Source of the DNA: a virus
Virus record (IMG/VR): IMGVR_UViG_3300045912_000261
Coordinates: 32,001 to 96,000 of that record
Length of the DNA: 64,000 bases
Strand: one strand, 5' to 3'
In this document: positions 1 through 6,932 of the stretch, piece after piece
How positions within the stretch are numbered: position 1 is the first letter of the stretch
Layout: the number at the start of each line of letters is the position of its first letter
The notes under the pieces: generated by a model
What the model saw: only the letters and a program-made list of their open reading frames with translations
The model's database searches: none
What the model was told of the DNA's origin: nothing
Translations under genes and position numbers: made by a program

Positions 1-456
1 CCTCTCCTAATCGGCGTTCTCCATGGAGCCTTGTACTTCATGGCCGACCTGTCCAGAAGGCTCTCATTCAAGCATGAAATTGACACCGTACACGTCGCCT
101 CTTATGGCTCGGGCACTGAATCGTCGGGAGTCATTCGGGTGCTAAAGGAGCCCTCTACTCCCGTTACAGGGAGGCACGTCCTCATTGTGGAGGACATCGT
201 GGATACAGGGCTCACGACACATTACCTCCGCAGGAGACTCCTGCAAGACGGGGCAGCGACTGTCAGGGTGGTCACCTGCTTGACCAAAGAGAAGGCCCGG
301 GAGGAGCCAGAGTACGCCGGCTTCTCGATTCCCAACGAGTTCGTTGTTGGCTACGGCATGGACCATGCAGGAGCCTACAGAGGCCTCCCCTATATTACCA
401 CCCTCGATAGACTGAAGGAGGCAGACAGTGGTACTGTCCAGTTGGCCTTGGCGTAG
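1..456 (+). CDS. hpt: Hypoxanthine/guanine phosphoribosyltransferase (5'-truncated by window edge)
   Basis: Frame is open from base 1 (PLLIGVLHGALYFMADL). It has the ASYG loop, the PRPP-binding motif VLIVEDIVDTGLT and C-terminal FVVGYGMD..YRGLP. Confidence 0.92.
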   Translation, partial: PLLIGVLHGALYFMADLSRRLSFKHEIDTVHVASYGSGTESSGVIRVLKEPSTPVTGRHVLIVEDIVDTGLTTHYLRRRLLQDGAATVRVVTCLTKEKAREEPEYAGFSIPNEFVVGYGMDHAGAYRGLPYITTLDRLKEADSGTVQLALA

Positions 457-724
457 ACGCGTCCGTCGACGGCCCTCTGCGGTCAGGCCTCCTCAACCGG
501 TAGACGCCTCCCTCGAGGAAGACGACGACGAGGAGATCCTGAGGGGAGGCTCCCAACCTGTTTCCGCCAGAATCCCTACGGACGACTACGAAAAGCTGAT
601 GCGCATTGTCCACGAACGGGACCTAACCGTATCTCAGGTCGTTCGGGCAGCCATAGCTAGCTTCGTGCGGCAACATCAGAACCACCCCCGCAGAGCTCAG
701 GGGAAGGCAACATGGAAGATCTAA
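428..724 (+). CDS. Ribbon-helix-helix (CopG/Arc-like) DNA-binding protein
   Basis: VSARIPTDDYEKLMRIVHERDLTVSQVVRAAI fits the RHH pattern. Start uncertain. Confidence 0.6.
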   Translation: MVLSSWPWRRRVRRRPSAVRPPQPVDASLEEDDDEEILRGGSQPVSARIPTDDYEKLMRIVHERDLTVSQVVRAAIASFVRQHQNHPRRAQGKATWKI

Positions 725-1248
725 CGAGAGCTCAGCAAGGGGATGAAGGTGCCTTCAGTCGCTTAGTTTGCGAGCATGAAAGAGTCCTTAGGGCTCTCTG
801 CGCGAACGTTCGCTACCCCGGCAGAGACCAGGAGGATGTACACCAGGAGGCACTGTTAGCTTTCCACTACGCAGTAGTTACTTATCGGAAGCGCAAAGGT
901 CCCTTTGAGGGTTACTTCCGTCTTTGCGTCAGGCAGCGTCTCAAGACAGGCCTGACAGAAGCCCGGAGGCAGAAGTACGAACTCCTCAACCAGGCTAAGC
1001 AGCTTTCCCCCGACACCCCCAATCCCTCCAGAGTTAGTGACCACCTAGACCTGCAAGATACCCTCCGGCAGATCACCTCTACACCACTTTCCCCAAACCA
1101 GAGAAAAGTGCTCCCCTACTGGCTAGTTGGGTACAACTACAAGGAAATTGCTTCCCTCCTCAACTTACCTCCTAAGGTAGTGGACAACCTCATCCAGAAG
1201 GTTAGGGTCAAAGTGAGGGATCATGTGGCAGCCGCAGCTGTATCGTAG
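712..1248 (+). CDS. RNA polymerase sigma factor, SigH-like
   Basis: AQQGDEGAF, DQEDVHQEALLAF, FEGYFRLCV..RQKYELLN, and region 4 GYNYKEIA..L..K.VDNLIQKVR parallel the SigH pattern. Confidence 0.85.
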   Translation: MEDLTRAQQGDEGAFSRLVCEHERVLRALCANVRYPGRDQEDVHQEALLAFHYAVVTYRKRKGPFEGYFRLCVRQRLKTGLTEARRQKYELLNQAKQLSPDTPNPSRVSDHLDLQDTLRQITSTPLSPNQRKVLPYWLVGYNYKEIASLLNLPPKVVDNLIQKVRVKVRDHVAAAAVS

Positions 1249-1585
1249 GGGACGGATCTGCCGCAGTTGTGGCAGCATCCTGTCCGTACACAATCCTCTG
1301 CCAGGTCTGTGCTGGCCTTGCGCTTACGGATCCTCTGTACCACAACCCATTCAAGGACGCCCACCGAGGACCTCAGCCGAGTTGGCAGCGGATTCAGCAG
1401 TCTTTCAGGTCTTCTGTGCGTGCGGAGCTCCTCGTCGTATAGTCCTCTACGTGGGAGAAACCCTTGATGAACGTCTTCGGCGGCGACCGACCTGCTTCAG
1501 GTGCGCCGAGCCAGGAGCCCTTAGACGCCGTAAAGGTAAAGTTCAAGAAGCTGCACCCCGACGCGAAGTTGCCGCAGCGGGCTAG
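1223..1585 (+). CDS. Cys-rich putative zinc-finger protein
   Basis: CRSC, CWPC, CAC and CFRC motifs. The 3' end overlaps dut. Confidence 0.5.
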   Translation: MWQPQLYRRGRICRSCGSILSVHNPLPGLCWPCAYGSSVPQPIQGRPPRTSAELAADSAVFQVFCACGAPRRIVLYVGETLDERLRRRPTCFRCAEPGALRRRKGKVQEAAPRREVAAAG

Positions 1586-1994
1586 GTTTGGTGATGCCGC
1601 CTTTGACCTAAGTGCCTTTCGGGAACCTTCCGACCAGTATACCTTTCCGGAGTTCAGGCTCCCTACAACCCGACCACACAACACCCTTCTCGTACCTACG
1701 GGGGTTGCGATCGAGATCCCCTACGGCTACTGCGGGCTAGTGCTCCCCCGATCGGGGCTAGCTATTCGCGCAGGCGTGACTGTAATCAACTCACCTGGGC
1801 TTATCGATCCTGGGTATCGTGGGGAAATCATGGTGGGGCTGATCAACCACGGATGGCACGAGTACAAGTTCTTCAATGGGGAAAGGATCGCGCAGCTACT
1901 AATCCTCAAGTTACCTCACGTGGTCATTGAGGAAGTCCAGGCACTTACAGATTCAGAAAGAGGCGAAGGTGGGTTCGGTTCGACGGGACTTTAG
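1467..1994 (+). CDS. dut: dUTPase (trimeric)
   Basis: AAFDL, PRSGLA, GLIDPGYRGEI, ERIAQL and RGEGGFGSTG motifs. Confidence 0.95.
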   Translation: MNVFGGDRPASGAPSQEPLDAVKVKFKKLHPDAKLPQRARFGDAAFDLSAFREPSDQYTFPEFRLPTTRPHNTLLVPTGVAIEIPYGYCGLVLPRSGLAIRAGVTVINSPGLIDPGYRGEIMVGLINHGWHEYKFFNGERIAQLLILKLPHVVIEEVQALTDSERGEGGFGSTGL

Positions 1995-2028
1995 ACCAAG
2001 CGTAGGGAACGAGGATACGCCTAACCTC

Positions 2029-2862
2029 ATGGCAGCCCTCAACAGCAAGTTCGTAGGGTACCATGCACACGAGGCAGTTCACTTCACCGTTACGGCCGCA
2101 TCTGAACTGCTTAGCAGGGCTGCAGGGTACACCATTAACGTGGAGGGACGCCTGGACGATACTGGGAAGGGCGTACAGCTCAGCTTCCCAGGCCTAACCC
2201 GCGAGGAGGTCATGGAACTAGACCGCAAGCTCGGAGAAGGCACCCCCGAACCTCCTCCAGGGATGGTCCCCTCCATTCTGACCCCAGACACTCTCCCCTC
2301 AATGGAGGAGAGGCTAGCTTCCGCCGTACGCGAGATGCTGGCTCTTTTCCCTGGCGAGGACCCTAACCGCGAAGGACTGAGGGACACGCCCCACCGTGTA
2401 GCTAAAGCCTTCCTGAACGACTTCCTCAGTGGGTACCAGCAAGATCCTCGGGACGTGCTCTCCACGTTCGATTCCGACGGGTACGACGAGATGGTTCTCG
2501 TCAAAGACATCCCCTTCTTCTCTACCTGTGAGCACCACCTGGTCGTGTTCCATGGAGTCGCTCACGTGGGCTACATCCCAGAGGGGCGGATTGTGGGCCT
2601 CTCCAAACTGTCTAGGGTGGTGGACATCTTCGCCCGGAGGCTGCAGGTGCAGGAGAGGTTGACGGAGCAGGTAGCTGATGCTCTCGAGACCCACCTAAGA
2701 CCTAAAGGCACGATGGTGGTCATGTCGGCTCGCCACATGTGCATGGAAGCCCGCGGGATCCGTAAGGCCGGCAGTTACACTGTGACCTCAGCAATCCGAG
2801 GCGTGTTCAGGGACGAGAATAAGGGTGCCCGGCAGGAGTTCCTGAGGCTGATCGGGCAGTAG
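2029..2862 (+). CDS. folE: GTP cyclohydrolase I (FolE) with an N-terminal extension
   Basis: GEDPNREGLRDTPHRVA, CEHH, GLSKLSR, RRLQVQERLT, HMCMEARG. Start taken at ATG 2029. Confidence 0.95.
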   Translation: MAALNSKFVGYHAHEAVHFTVTAASELLSRAAGYTINVEGRLDDTGKGVQLSFPGLTREEVMELDRKLGEGTPEPPPGMVPSILTPDTLPSMEERLASAVREMLALFPGEDPNREGLRDTPHRVAKAFLNDFLSGYQQDPRDVLSTFDSDGYDEMVLVKDIPFFSTCEHHLVVFHGVAHVGYIPEGRIVGLSKLSRVVDIFARRLQVQERLTEQVADALETHLRPKGTMVVMSARHMCMEARGIRKAGSYTVTSAIRGVFRDENKGARQEFLRLIGQ

Positions 2863-2865
2863 GCT

Positions 2866-3522
2866 ATGGGCGCGTACCCCAAAATCGGAATCGTCATAGG
2901 ACTCGATGGGCTGGGAAAGACTCCCTTACTGGAGCTCATGGCCGATCTTGACGACCGCGTTGAGGTTCGCCAGCTTGTTCCCGATCCGACAGACAAGAGC
3001 CTCGCAGATCCCCTCGTCCTGGGGATGCAGGAGGTTCACCTCTGGGAAATGAGCCGAGAGGACCGTATCTTTCTCTACGACCGGTTCCCTTGGCCAGACG
3101 ACTGGGTATATTCTTCCTTGAACGGTCACCGGAACACCTGGAGGGGAGCTCCTGGGTCCAAGCATCAGATCCTAGAGAGCCGCCTGCTGGCCCATCAGGT
3201 ACGATTCGTGTACGTCGAGCCTCCTCCCTGGAAGGAGTACGTACGCAAGCAGATTGCGGAACCCGACAGGCTGATGACGCTAGATGCCCTCAGGGAGGCC
3301 TACGTCAAGTACAGAACCTTCGTGGATGACTACCGGAGACGCAAACTTCCCCTAAGGGTCGAGAAGGCCCGCTTCTTCACCAAGCAAGATGCCATCGACA
3401 TCCTGGACTGGATCTCCCCGGATCGAAGTGAGATCGTCACCGGCCAGCTCTGCCCCGTATGTGACGCCTTAATGTACTGGAGTCGCGGCCAAAGTTTCTG
3501 CCCCGAATGCCCAGCGCCCTAA
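2866..3522 (+). CDS. Thymidylate-kinase-like P-loop nucleotide kinase with a C-terminal CxxC..CxxC
   Basis: N-terminal IGLDGLGKT P-loop, YDRF..DWVY motif, C-terminal CPVC/CPEC. Confidence 0.65.
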   Translation: MGAYPKIGIVIGLDGLGKTPLLELMADLDDRVEVRQLVPDPTDKSLADPLVLGMQEVHLWEMSREDRIFLYDRFPWPDDWVYSSLNGHRNTWRGAPGSKHQILESRLLAHQVRFVYVEPPPWKEYVRKQIAEPDRLMTLDALREAYVKYRTFVDDYRRRKLPLRVEKARFFTKQDAIDILDWISPDRSEIVTGQLCPVCDALMYWSRGQSFCPECPAP

Positions 3523-3791
3523 CACGCCTCCTAGCCTACATCGACACTAAGTACCTTCCCCAACACGAGAGGGAGCTGCTTGAAGAGGTTAGGAACACTC
3601 CCAACCTAGAAGCTTGGGTGGAGAGAGCCCTACGGGCAGAAGCTCTAGAGAGGGCCTTAAGGGAGACCCAAGGAGAGCTGCTAGAGGTCCTTGAATGGCA
3701 GACGAGAGGTAATAAGGCTCTCCGTATGGAGATCGACGCTTGGCGTGCCAACGACGTCCTGCGTGCCAGACGTCTAGCCCAATGTGGTTGA
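3507..3791 (+). CDS. Hypothetical coiled-coil protein
   Basis: ORF coupled to upstream gene, with a helical E/R/L-rich composition. Confidence 0.5.
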   Translation: MPSALTRLLAYIDTKYLPQHERELLEEVRNTPNLEAWVERALRAEALERALRETQGELLEVLEWQTRGNKALRMEIDAWRANDVLRARRLAQCG

Positions 3792-3991
3792 ATGCCATCC
3801 ACGTTCCGTCCGGGACCCGAGTTCTTTACCGCCCCTACTCTGGCGGACCGGGTAACGGAGCTCCCGCTGCTGTTGCTGTGCGGGCTTGGGGTCACCGAGA
3901 TAACTACATCCACCTCTGGTGGTTGGGTACAGGACGGCACCAACTTTGCCACCACACGTACGCAACGGCTAAGTTCTTGAAAACTTTATGA
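3782..3991 (+). CDS. Hypothetical protein
   Basis: ATG overlaps the previous gene end. A competing frame exists (3792-3980). Confidence 0.3.
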   Translation: MWLNAIHVPSGTRVLYRPYSGGPGNGAPAAVAVRAWGHRDNYIHLWWLGTGRHQLCHHTYATAKFLKTL

Positions 3992-3997
3992 TGACCC

Positions 3998-4027
3998 TTG
4001 ATTCGTCCATAAGGGATGCTATACAAT
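3998..4027 (+). promoter_or_regulatory. Putative sigma70/SigA-type promoter
   Basis: AT-rich gap with TTGATT (3998-4003), N18, TACAAT (4022-4027), followed by RBS GAAAGGAG (4056-4063). Confidence 0.55.
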
Positions 4028-4068
4028 ATTATTGAAGAAAGATGTCTTCGGTTCCGAAAGGAGTCCTG

Positions 4069-4212
4069 ATGGAGATCGGTGAGCCCAAGCGAACGATCAC
4101 AGTGGAGCCGGTGAAGTCACCCGTTCCCGAGAGGGAGCCCGCCCCCGAGCGCGATCCCGGCCCGGCGCCTGAGAAGACCCCGGAGAGGGTCCCGGAGAAG
4201 GTGCCTGCCTAA
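4069..4212 (+). CDS. 47-aa Pro/Glu-rich small protein (MEIGEPKRTITVEPVKSPVPEREPAPERDPGPAPEKTPERVPEKVPA)
   Basis: Hand-translated and absent from the ORF track. Strong RBS, and its TAA overlaps the next ATG (TAATG). Confidence 0.75.
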   Translation: MEIGEPKRTITVEPVKSPVPEREPAPERDPGPAPEKTPERVPEKVPA

Positions 4213-4931
4213 TGTCAAAGTTCAACCAGCAGCAGCCCCCAGGAGAAGGTGGGCTGGGCTTTTCGCAGACAGATGAGGCAGGCGTCCCTGACTTCATCGA
4301 GCCGATGCTGGCCTGGCGTACCTGGCTCCTCCGCAAGGAGTGTGTCCTAGGTTCCACAAGCCTGACCCAGATCAAGTGGCCCTCAGGCCGGGTGCTCCAG
4401 GCCAAGTGCGCAGACGACAGGCCGCACAAGGCCCCCGACGAGAACTGCCGCTGCGGCATCTACGCGCTGACTTACCCGCAGCAGCCGTGGAGCTACGCAG
4501 CAGAATTCAGCACCGAGAGGTGGACGACTCTGGCGATCGTGGCCCTCTGGGGCAAGATCATCGAAGGGCCTCAGGGGTGGAAAGCTGAGTTCTGCTACCC
4601 TAAGCTCTTCATCCTCTGCCCCTCCACCGGAGTGCCGGAGCTCCGCTACCCCTCGCCCTACCCGGAGGACCCCCTGCAGCGCCGTCTCATTGGGAGGGAG
4701 ATCCTCTATCGCAACTGGAACGTGCCCGTAGTCTTTGGGCCAAGTACTCGTGAAGGGTGGCTTGACTACGAGGTCATGAACAAGTTCACGGAGGGGAAGT
4801 ACCACGCGGCCCAAGTCCTGAAGACGCTTGAGGGGGAGCACCCGGCCGACTGGCTGATGCACAGGGCCCCCTGGCTAGTAACCGGGTACCAGGAGTTCCA
4901 GCTCTGGAAGGAAAGTACTCTTGTGCCCTAG
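4212..4931 (+). CDS. Hypothetical protein with a C..H.AP...CxCGIYA metal-binding motif
   Basis: AWRTW, AKC...HKAPDENCRCGIYA, VALWGKIIEG. Coupled to the 47-aa ORF. Confidence 0.7.
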   Translation: MSKFNQQQPPGEGGLGFSQTDEAGVPDFIEPMLAWRTWLLRKECVLGSTSLTQIKWPSGRVLQAKCADDRPHKAPDENCRCGIYALTYPQQPWSYAAEFSTERWTTLAIVALWGKIIEGPQGWKAEFCYPKLFILCPSTGVPELRYPSPYPEDPLQRRLIGREILYRNWNVPVVFGPSTREGWLDYEVMNKFTEGKYHAAQVLKTLEGEHPADWLMHRAPWLVTGYQEFQLWKESTLVP

Positions 4932-5691
4932 GGGCCAGTTTGCCCCTGTAGGGAGCCTTACGCACTACAGGTTCCTTGAGGAACAAGGTGTCTTAGGGGA
5001 CTACCACCTCCTGCTAGCCCACAAGGTGCTGGAGGACCCTGATGGCTGGATCGATCTCTACAGACGCATCAGGGAACAGGGAAGAGAGCCCTTCGTGATC
5101 ATGGACAACTCCTTGATCGAGCTGGGCCGTCCCCTTCAGGCACCCGCACTGGCTGAAGCCTCCCGGATCGTAGATGCCTCGTGCCTCGTGCTTGCTGACG
5201 TGCTTTCTAACCGCCGAGCTACCGTCGAGCTCTCGGTGGCCATGCACTACGAGCTGCGGAAGATGAAGGAGGTCCCTCCCTTCCTTGCGGTGGTCCAGGG
5301 AGCCTCGTACGAGGATGCGCTACTTTGCGCAGAGGAACTAGCCTCCTTGGAAGGTGTGCGCTACCTCTCGATACCCAGAGTCGTAGCGGACACCATGGGG
5401 ACTCGGAAGCACCTGGTCAAAGAGGTCTACCGTAGGCATCAGCTCCCGATTCACCTCCTAGGCTTCTCTGAAGACATGGCAGATGACATCATGTGCACTA
5501 GTCTACCGGGGGTCATGGGGATCGACTCAGCTGTCCCCCTCCGGATGGGGCTCGCTGGAGTAGCCTGGGGCCCCCATCGGAAGACACCACCCCGACCGAA
5601 GAACTTCCTCGACAGCAAGGATGTTAATGTCCTCATGGTCGAAAACACAGTGGAAGTACGTAAGGCCATCGGACCCCAGGAAGCTACCTAA
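4921..5691 (+). CDS. tRNA-guanine transglycosylase-like (TGT/DpdA-like) TIM-barrel protein
   Basis: VIMDNS, VLADV, AVVQG, IHLLG and GIDS occur in the TGT order. It lies in the same gene cluster as folE. Confidence 0.65.
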   Translation: MCPRGQFAPVGSLTHYRFLEEQGVLGDYHLLLAHKVLEDPDGWIDLYRRIREQGREPFVIMDNSLIELGRPLQAPALAEASRIVDASCLVLADVLSNRRATVELSVAMHYELRKMKEVPPFLAVVQGASYEDALLCAEELASLEGVRYLSIPRVVADTMGTRKHLVKEVYRRHQLPIHLLGFSEDMADDIMCTSLPGVMGIDSAVPLRMGLAGVAWGPHRKTPPRPKNFLDSKDVNVLMVENTVEVRKAIGPQEAT

Positions 5692-5833
5692 GCACGACCC
5701 CGAGAAAGCTGTCAATCGACAAGCTGCCATATTTCTGGCGTCGTCAGTCCCAGCAAAACGGAGGTTGAGGGTCCATATCTACACCAAAGGGGCGCACCCC
5801 AGACTCCGGAGCGTTCTCGAGGACTGGTTCTAG
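5627..5833 (+). CDS. DWF-terminal microprotein 1 (...HPRLRSVLEDWF*)
   Basis: Ends GAC TGG TTC TAG. Start uncertain (ATG 5621 or 5627). Confidence 0.6.
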   Translation: MSSWSKTQWKYVRPSDPRKLPKHDPEKAVNRQAAIFLASSVPAKRRLRVHIYTKGAHPRLRSVLEDWF

Positions 5834-6000
5834 TGCGCTGCGAACTAGAAAGAGCGGCGGCGGAGCATGTTCGCTTCCTTCTAGGGATGAGCTCTGCTGA
5901 CAGGCGGGAAGCCTTCGGACGCCTCCAACACCTAGAGTACGCAGCGCGGCTCCGCTCTGAGTACGCCCTTCTCTGGTTCGAGCTTACGGACTGGTTCTAG
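5833..6000 (+). CDS. DWF-terminal microprotein 2, 55 aa (MRCELERAAAEHVRFLLGMSSADRREAFGRLQHLEYAARLRSEYALLWFELTDWF)
   Basis: Hand-translated. GTG start overlaps the upstream TAG (TAGTG). Confidence 0.75.
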   Translation: MRCELERAAAEHVRFLLGMSSADRREAFGRLQHLEYAARLRSEYALLWFELTDWF

Positions 6001-6131
6001 TGGTAGGCGAGCCTTTGCAGTGGCTTATGAAGTATGTCCTGACCAGAGAGGTCTCGCTGCCTTCGGCCTCGTGGCTTCTTAGCCCCCGTAAGAAGCGCCA
6101 GCTGCTCGGGTACCTCAATGACTGGTTCTAG
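6000..6131 (+). CDS. DWF-terminal microprotein 3, 43 aa (MVGEPLQWLMKYVLTREVSLPSASWLLSPRKKRQLLGYLNDWF)
   Basis: TAGTG coupling. Paralogous to microprotein 4. Confidence 0.78.
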   Translation: MVGEPLQWLMKYVLTREVSLPSASWLLSPRKKRQLLGYLNDWF

Positions 6132-6262
6132 TGTATCTGAACTTGGTACAGTGGCTGCTGCAGAGAGTTCTCGGGAGGGAGATTAGCTTGCACTCAGCCT
6201 TCTACCTCCTTAGCGCTGTCGAGTCAGCTGACCTTCGATCCAGTCTCGAGGACTGGTTTTGA
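6131..6262 (+). CDS. DWF-terminal microprotein 4, 43 aa (MYLNLVQWLLQRVLGREISLHSAFYLLSAVESADLRSSLEDWF)
   Basis: TAGTG coupling. Ends GAC TGG TTT TGA. Confidence 0.78.
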   Translation: MYLNLVQWLLQRVLGREISLHSAFYLLSAVESADLRSSLEDWF

Positions 6263-6417
6263 TACAGGTAGAAAGTCCAGCCCAGAGCTGGATGAGAGTG
6301 CTTTTAAGTCCTGAGTACTACTCTCTGTGGTGGAGGATGCACAAGTACGAAGCCTTCAAGAGGGGCTGCGAACCTTACGGATGGGCAGTCGTCTGCGAGA
6401 TGCATGACTGGTTCTAG
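6259..6417 (+). CDS. DWF-terminal microprotein 5, 52 aa (MIQVESPAQSWMRVLLSPEYYSLWWRMHKYEAFKRGCEPYGWAVVCEMHDWF)
   Basis: TTG start in a TTGA 4-nt overlap. Confidence 0.75.
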   Translation: MIQVESPAQSWMRVLLSPEYYSLWWRMHKYEAFKRGCEPYGWAVVCEMHDWF

Positions 6418-6418
6418 C

Positions 6419-6595
6419 TTGTTGGCCCTAACAGAGCCTGAATCAACTCAGGAGTGGGTATTCCTACTCTTGGGTACGCAGTACCCCTCGTGGTGGCGCG
6501 TGAATCGCTTCTACAGTTTCGCTGGCCTCGCAGTACTAGGGTCCCCCGACGGGCTGGCGGCCACGGTCGTGAGGGAGATCCAGGACTGGTTCTGA
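6419..6595 (+). CDS. DWF-terminal microprotein 6, about 58 aa (MLALTEPESTQEWVFLLLGTQYPSWWRVNRF...ATVVREIQDWF)
   Basis: TTG one base after the upstream stop (alternative ATG at 6404). Similar to microproteins 5 and 7. Confidence 0.75.
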   Translation: MLALTEPESTQEWVFLLLGTQYPSWWRVNRFYSFAGLAVLGSPDGLAATVVREIQDWF

Positions 6596-6756
6596 TGCCG
6601 GATCCCGATCCAGTACAGTGTTGGGTGCGCCTTCTCCTGATGACCGATATCCACGCCGATTGGCGAAAGGCTCAACACCACAACTTCAAAGCTCGCGCGG
6701 AGCTAGGAGGGTGGCACGAGATCGCCATCGTGGTAGCTCTCGCGGACTGGTTCTAG
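6595..6756 (+). CDS. DWF-terminal microprotein 7, 53 aa (MPDPDPVQCWVRLLLMTDIHADWRKAQHHNFKARAELGGWHEIAIVVALADWF)
   Basis: TGATG coupling. Confidence 0.78.
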   Translation: MPDPDPVQCWVRLLLMTDIHADWRKAQHHNFKARAELGGWHEIAIVVALADWF

Positions 6757-6932
6757 TGCCTATAGGCTCTCGAGCAGGCTATCGCCGCAGTCTGGAGTGG
6801 CACACCTCGTATCGAGCCAGCAGGATTCTCCGAGAAAAATCCGTCCGAAAGCATGAACTCGAGCTGGTGGAGAAGGTTGCGAACCCGGACTACCGCAGGG
6901 CGGTAAGAGAACATCTGGCTGACTGGTTTTAG
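6756..6932 (+). CDS. DWF-terminal microprotein 8, 58 aa (MPIGSRAGYRRSLEWHTSYRASRILREKSVRKHELELVEKVANPDYRRAVREHLADWF)
   Basis: TAGTG coupling at both ends. Its stop overlaps the polA start. Confidence 0.78.
   Translation: MPIGSRAGYRRSLEWHTSYRASRILREKSVRKHELELVEKVANPDYRRAVREHLADWF

Larger units (their letters stand above)
5822..6932 (+). repeat. Eight 12-nt direct repeats GACTGGTTYT(AG/GA), each encoding Asp-Trp-Phe-stop
   Basis: Copies at 5822, 5989, 6120, 6251, 6406, 6584, 6745 and 6921. Further copies at 10892 (TAA) and 12506 (TGA). Confidence 0.95.

Noticed and set aside
5822-6932. DWF repeats as a CRISPR array
   Set aside because: The repeat is only 12 nt, the units are 131-178 nt and irregular, every unit is an intact coupled ORF, and there are no cas genes.
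5822-6932. DWF repeats as integron attC sites
   Set aside because: No RYYYAAC...GTTRRRY inverted structure, no intergenic room for attC hairpins, and no integrase in the window.
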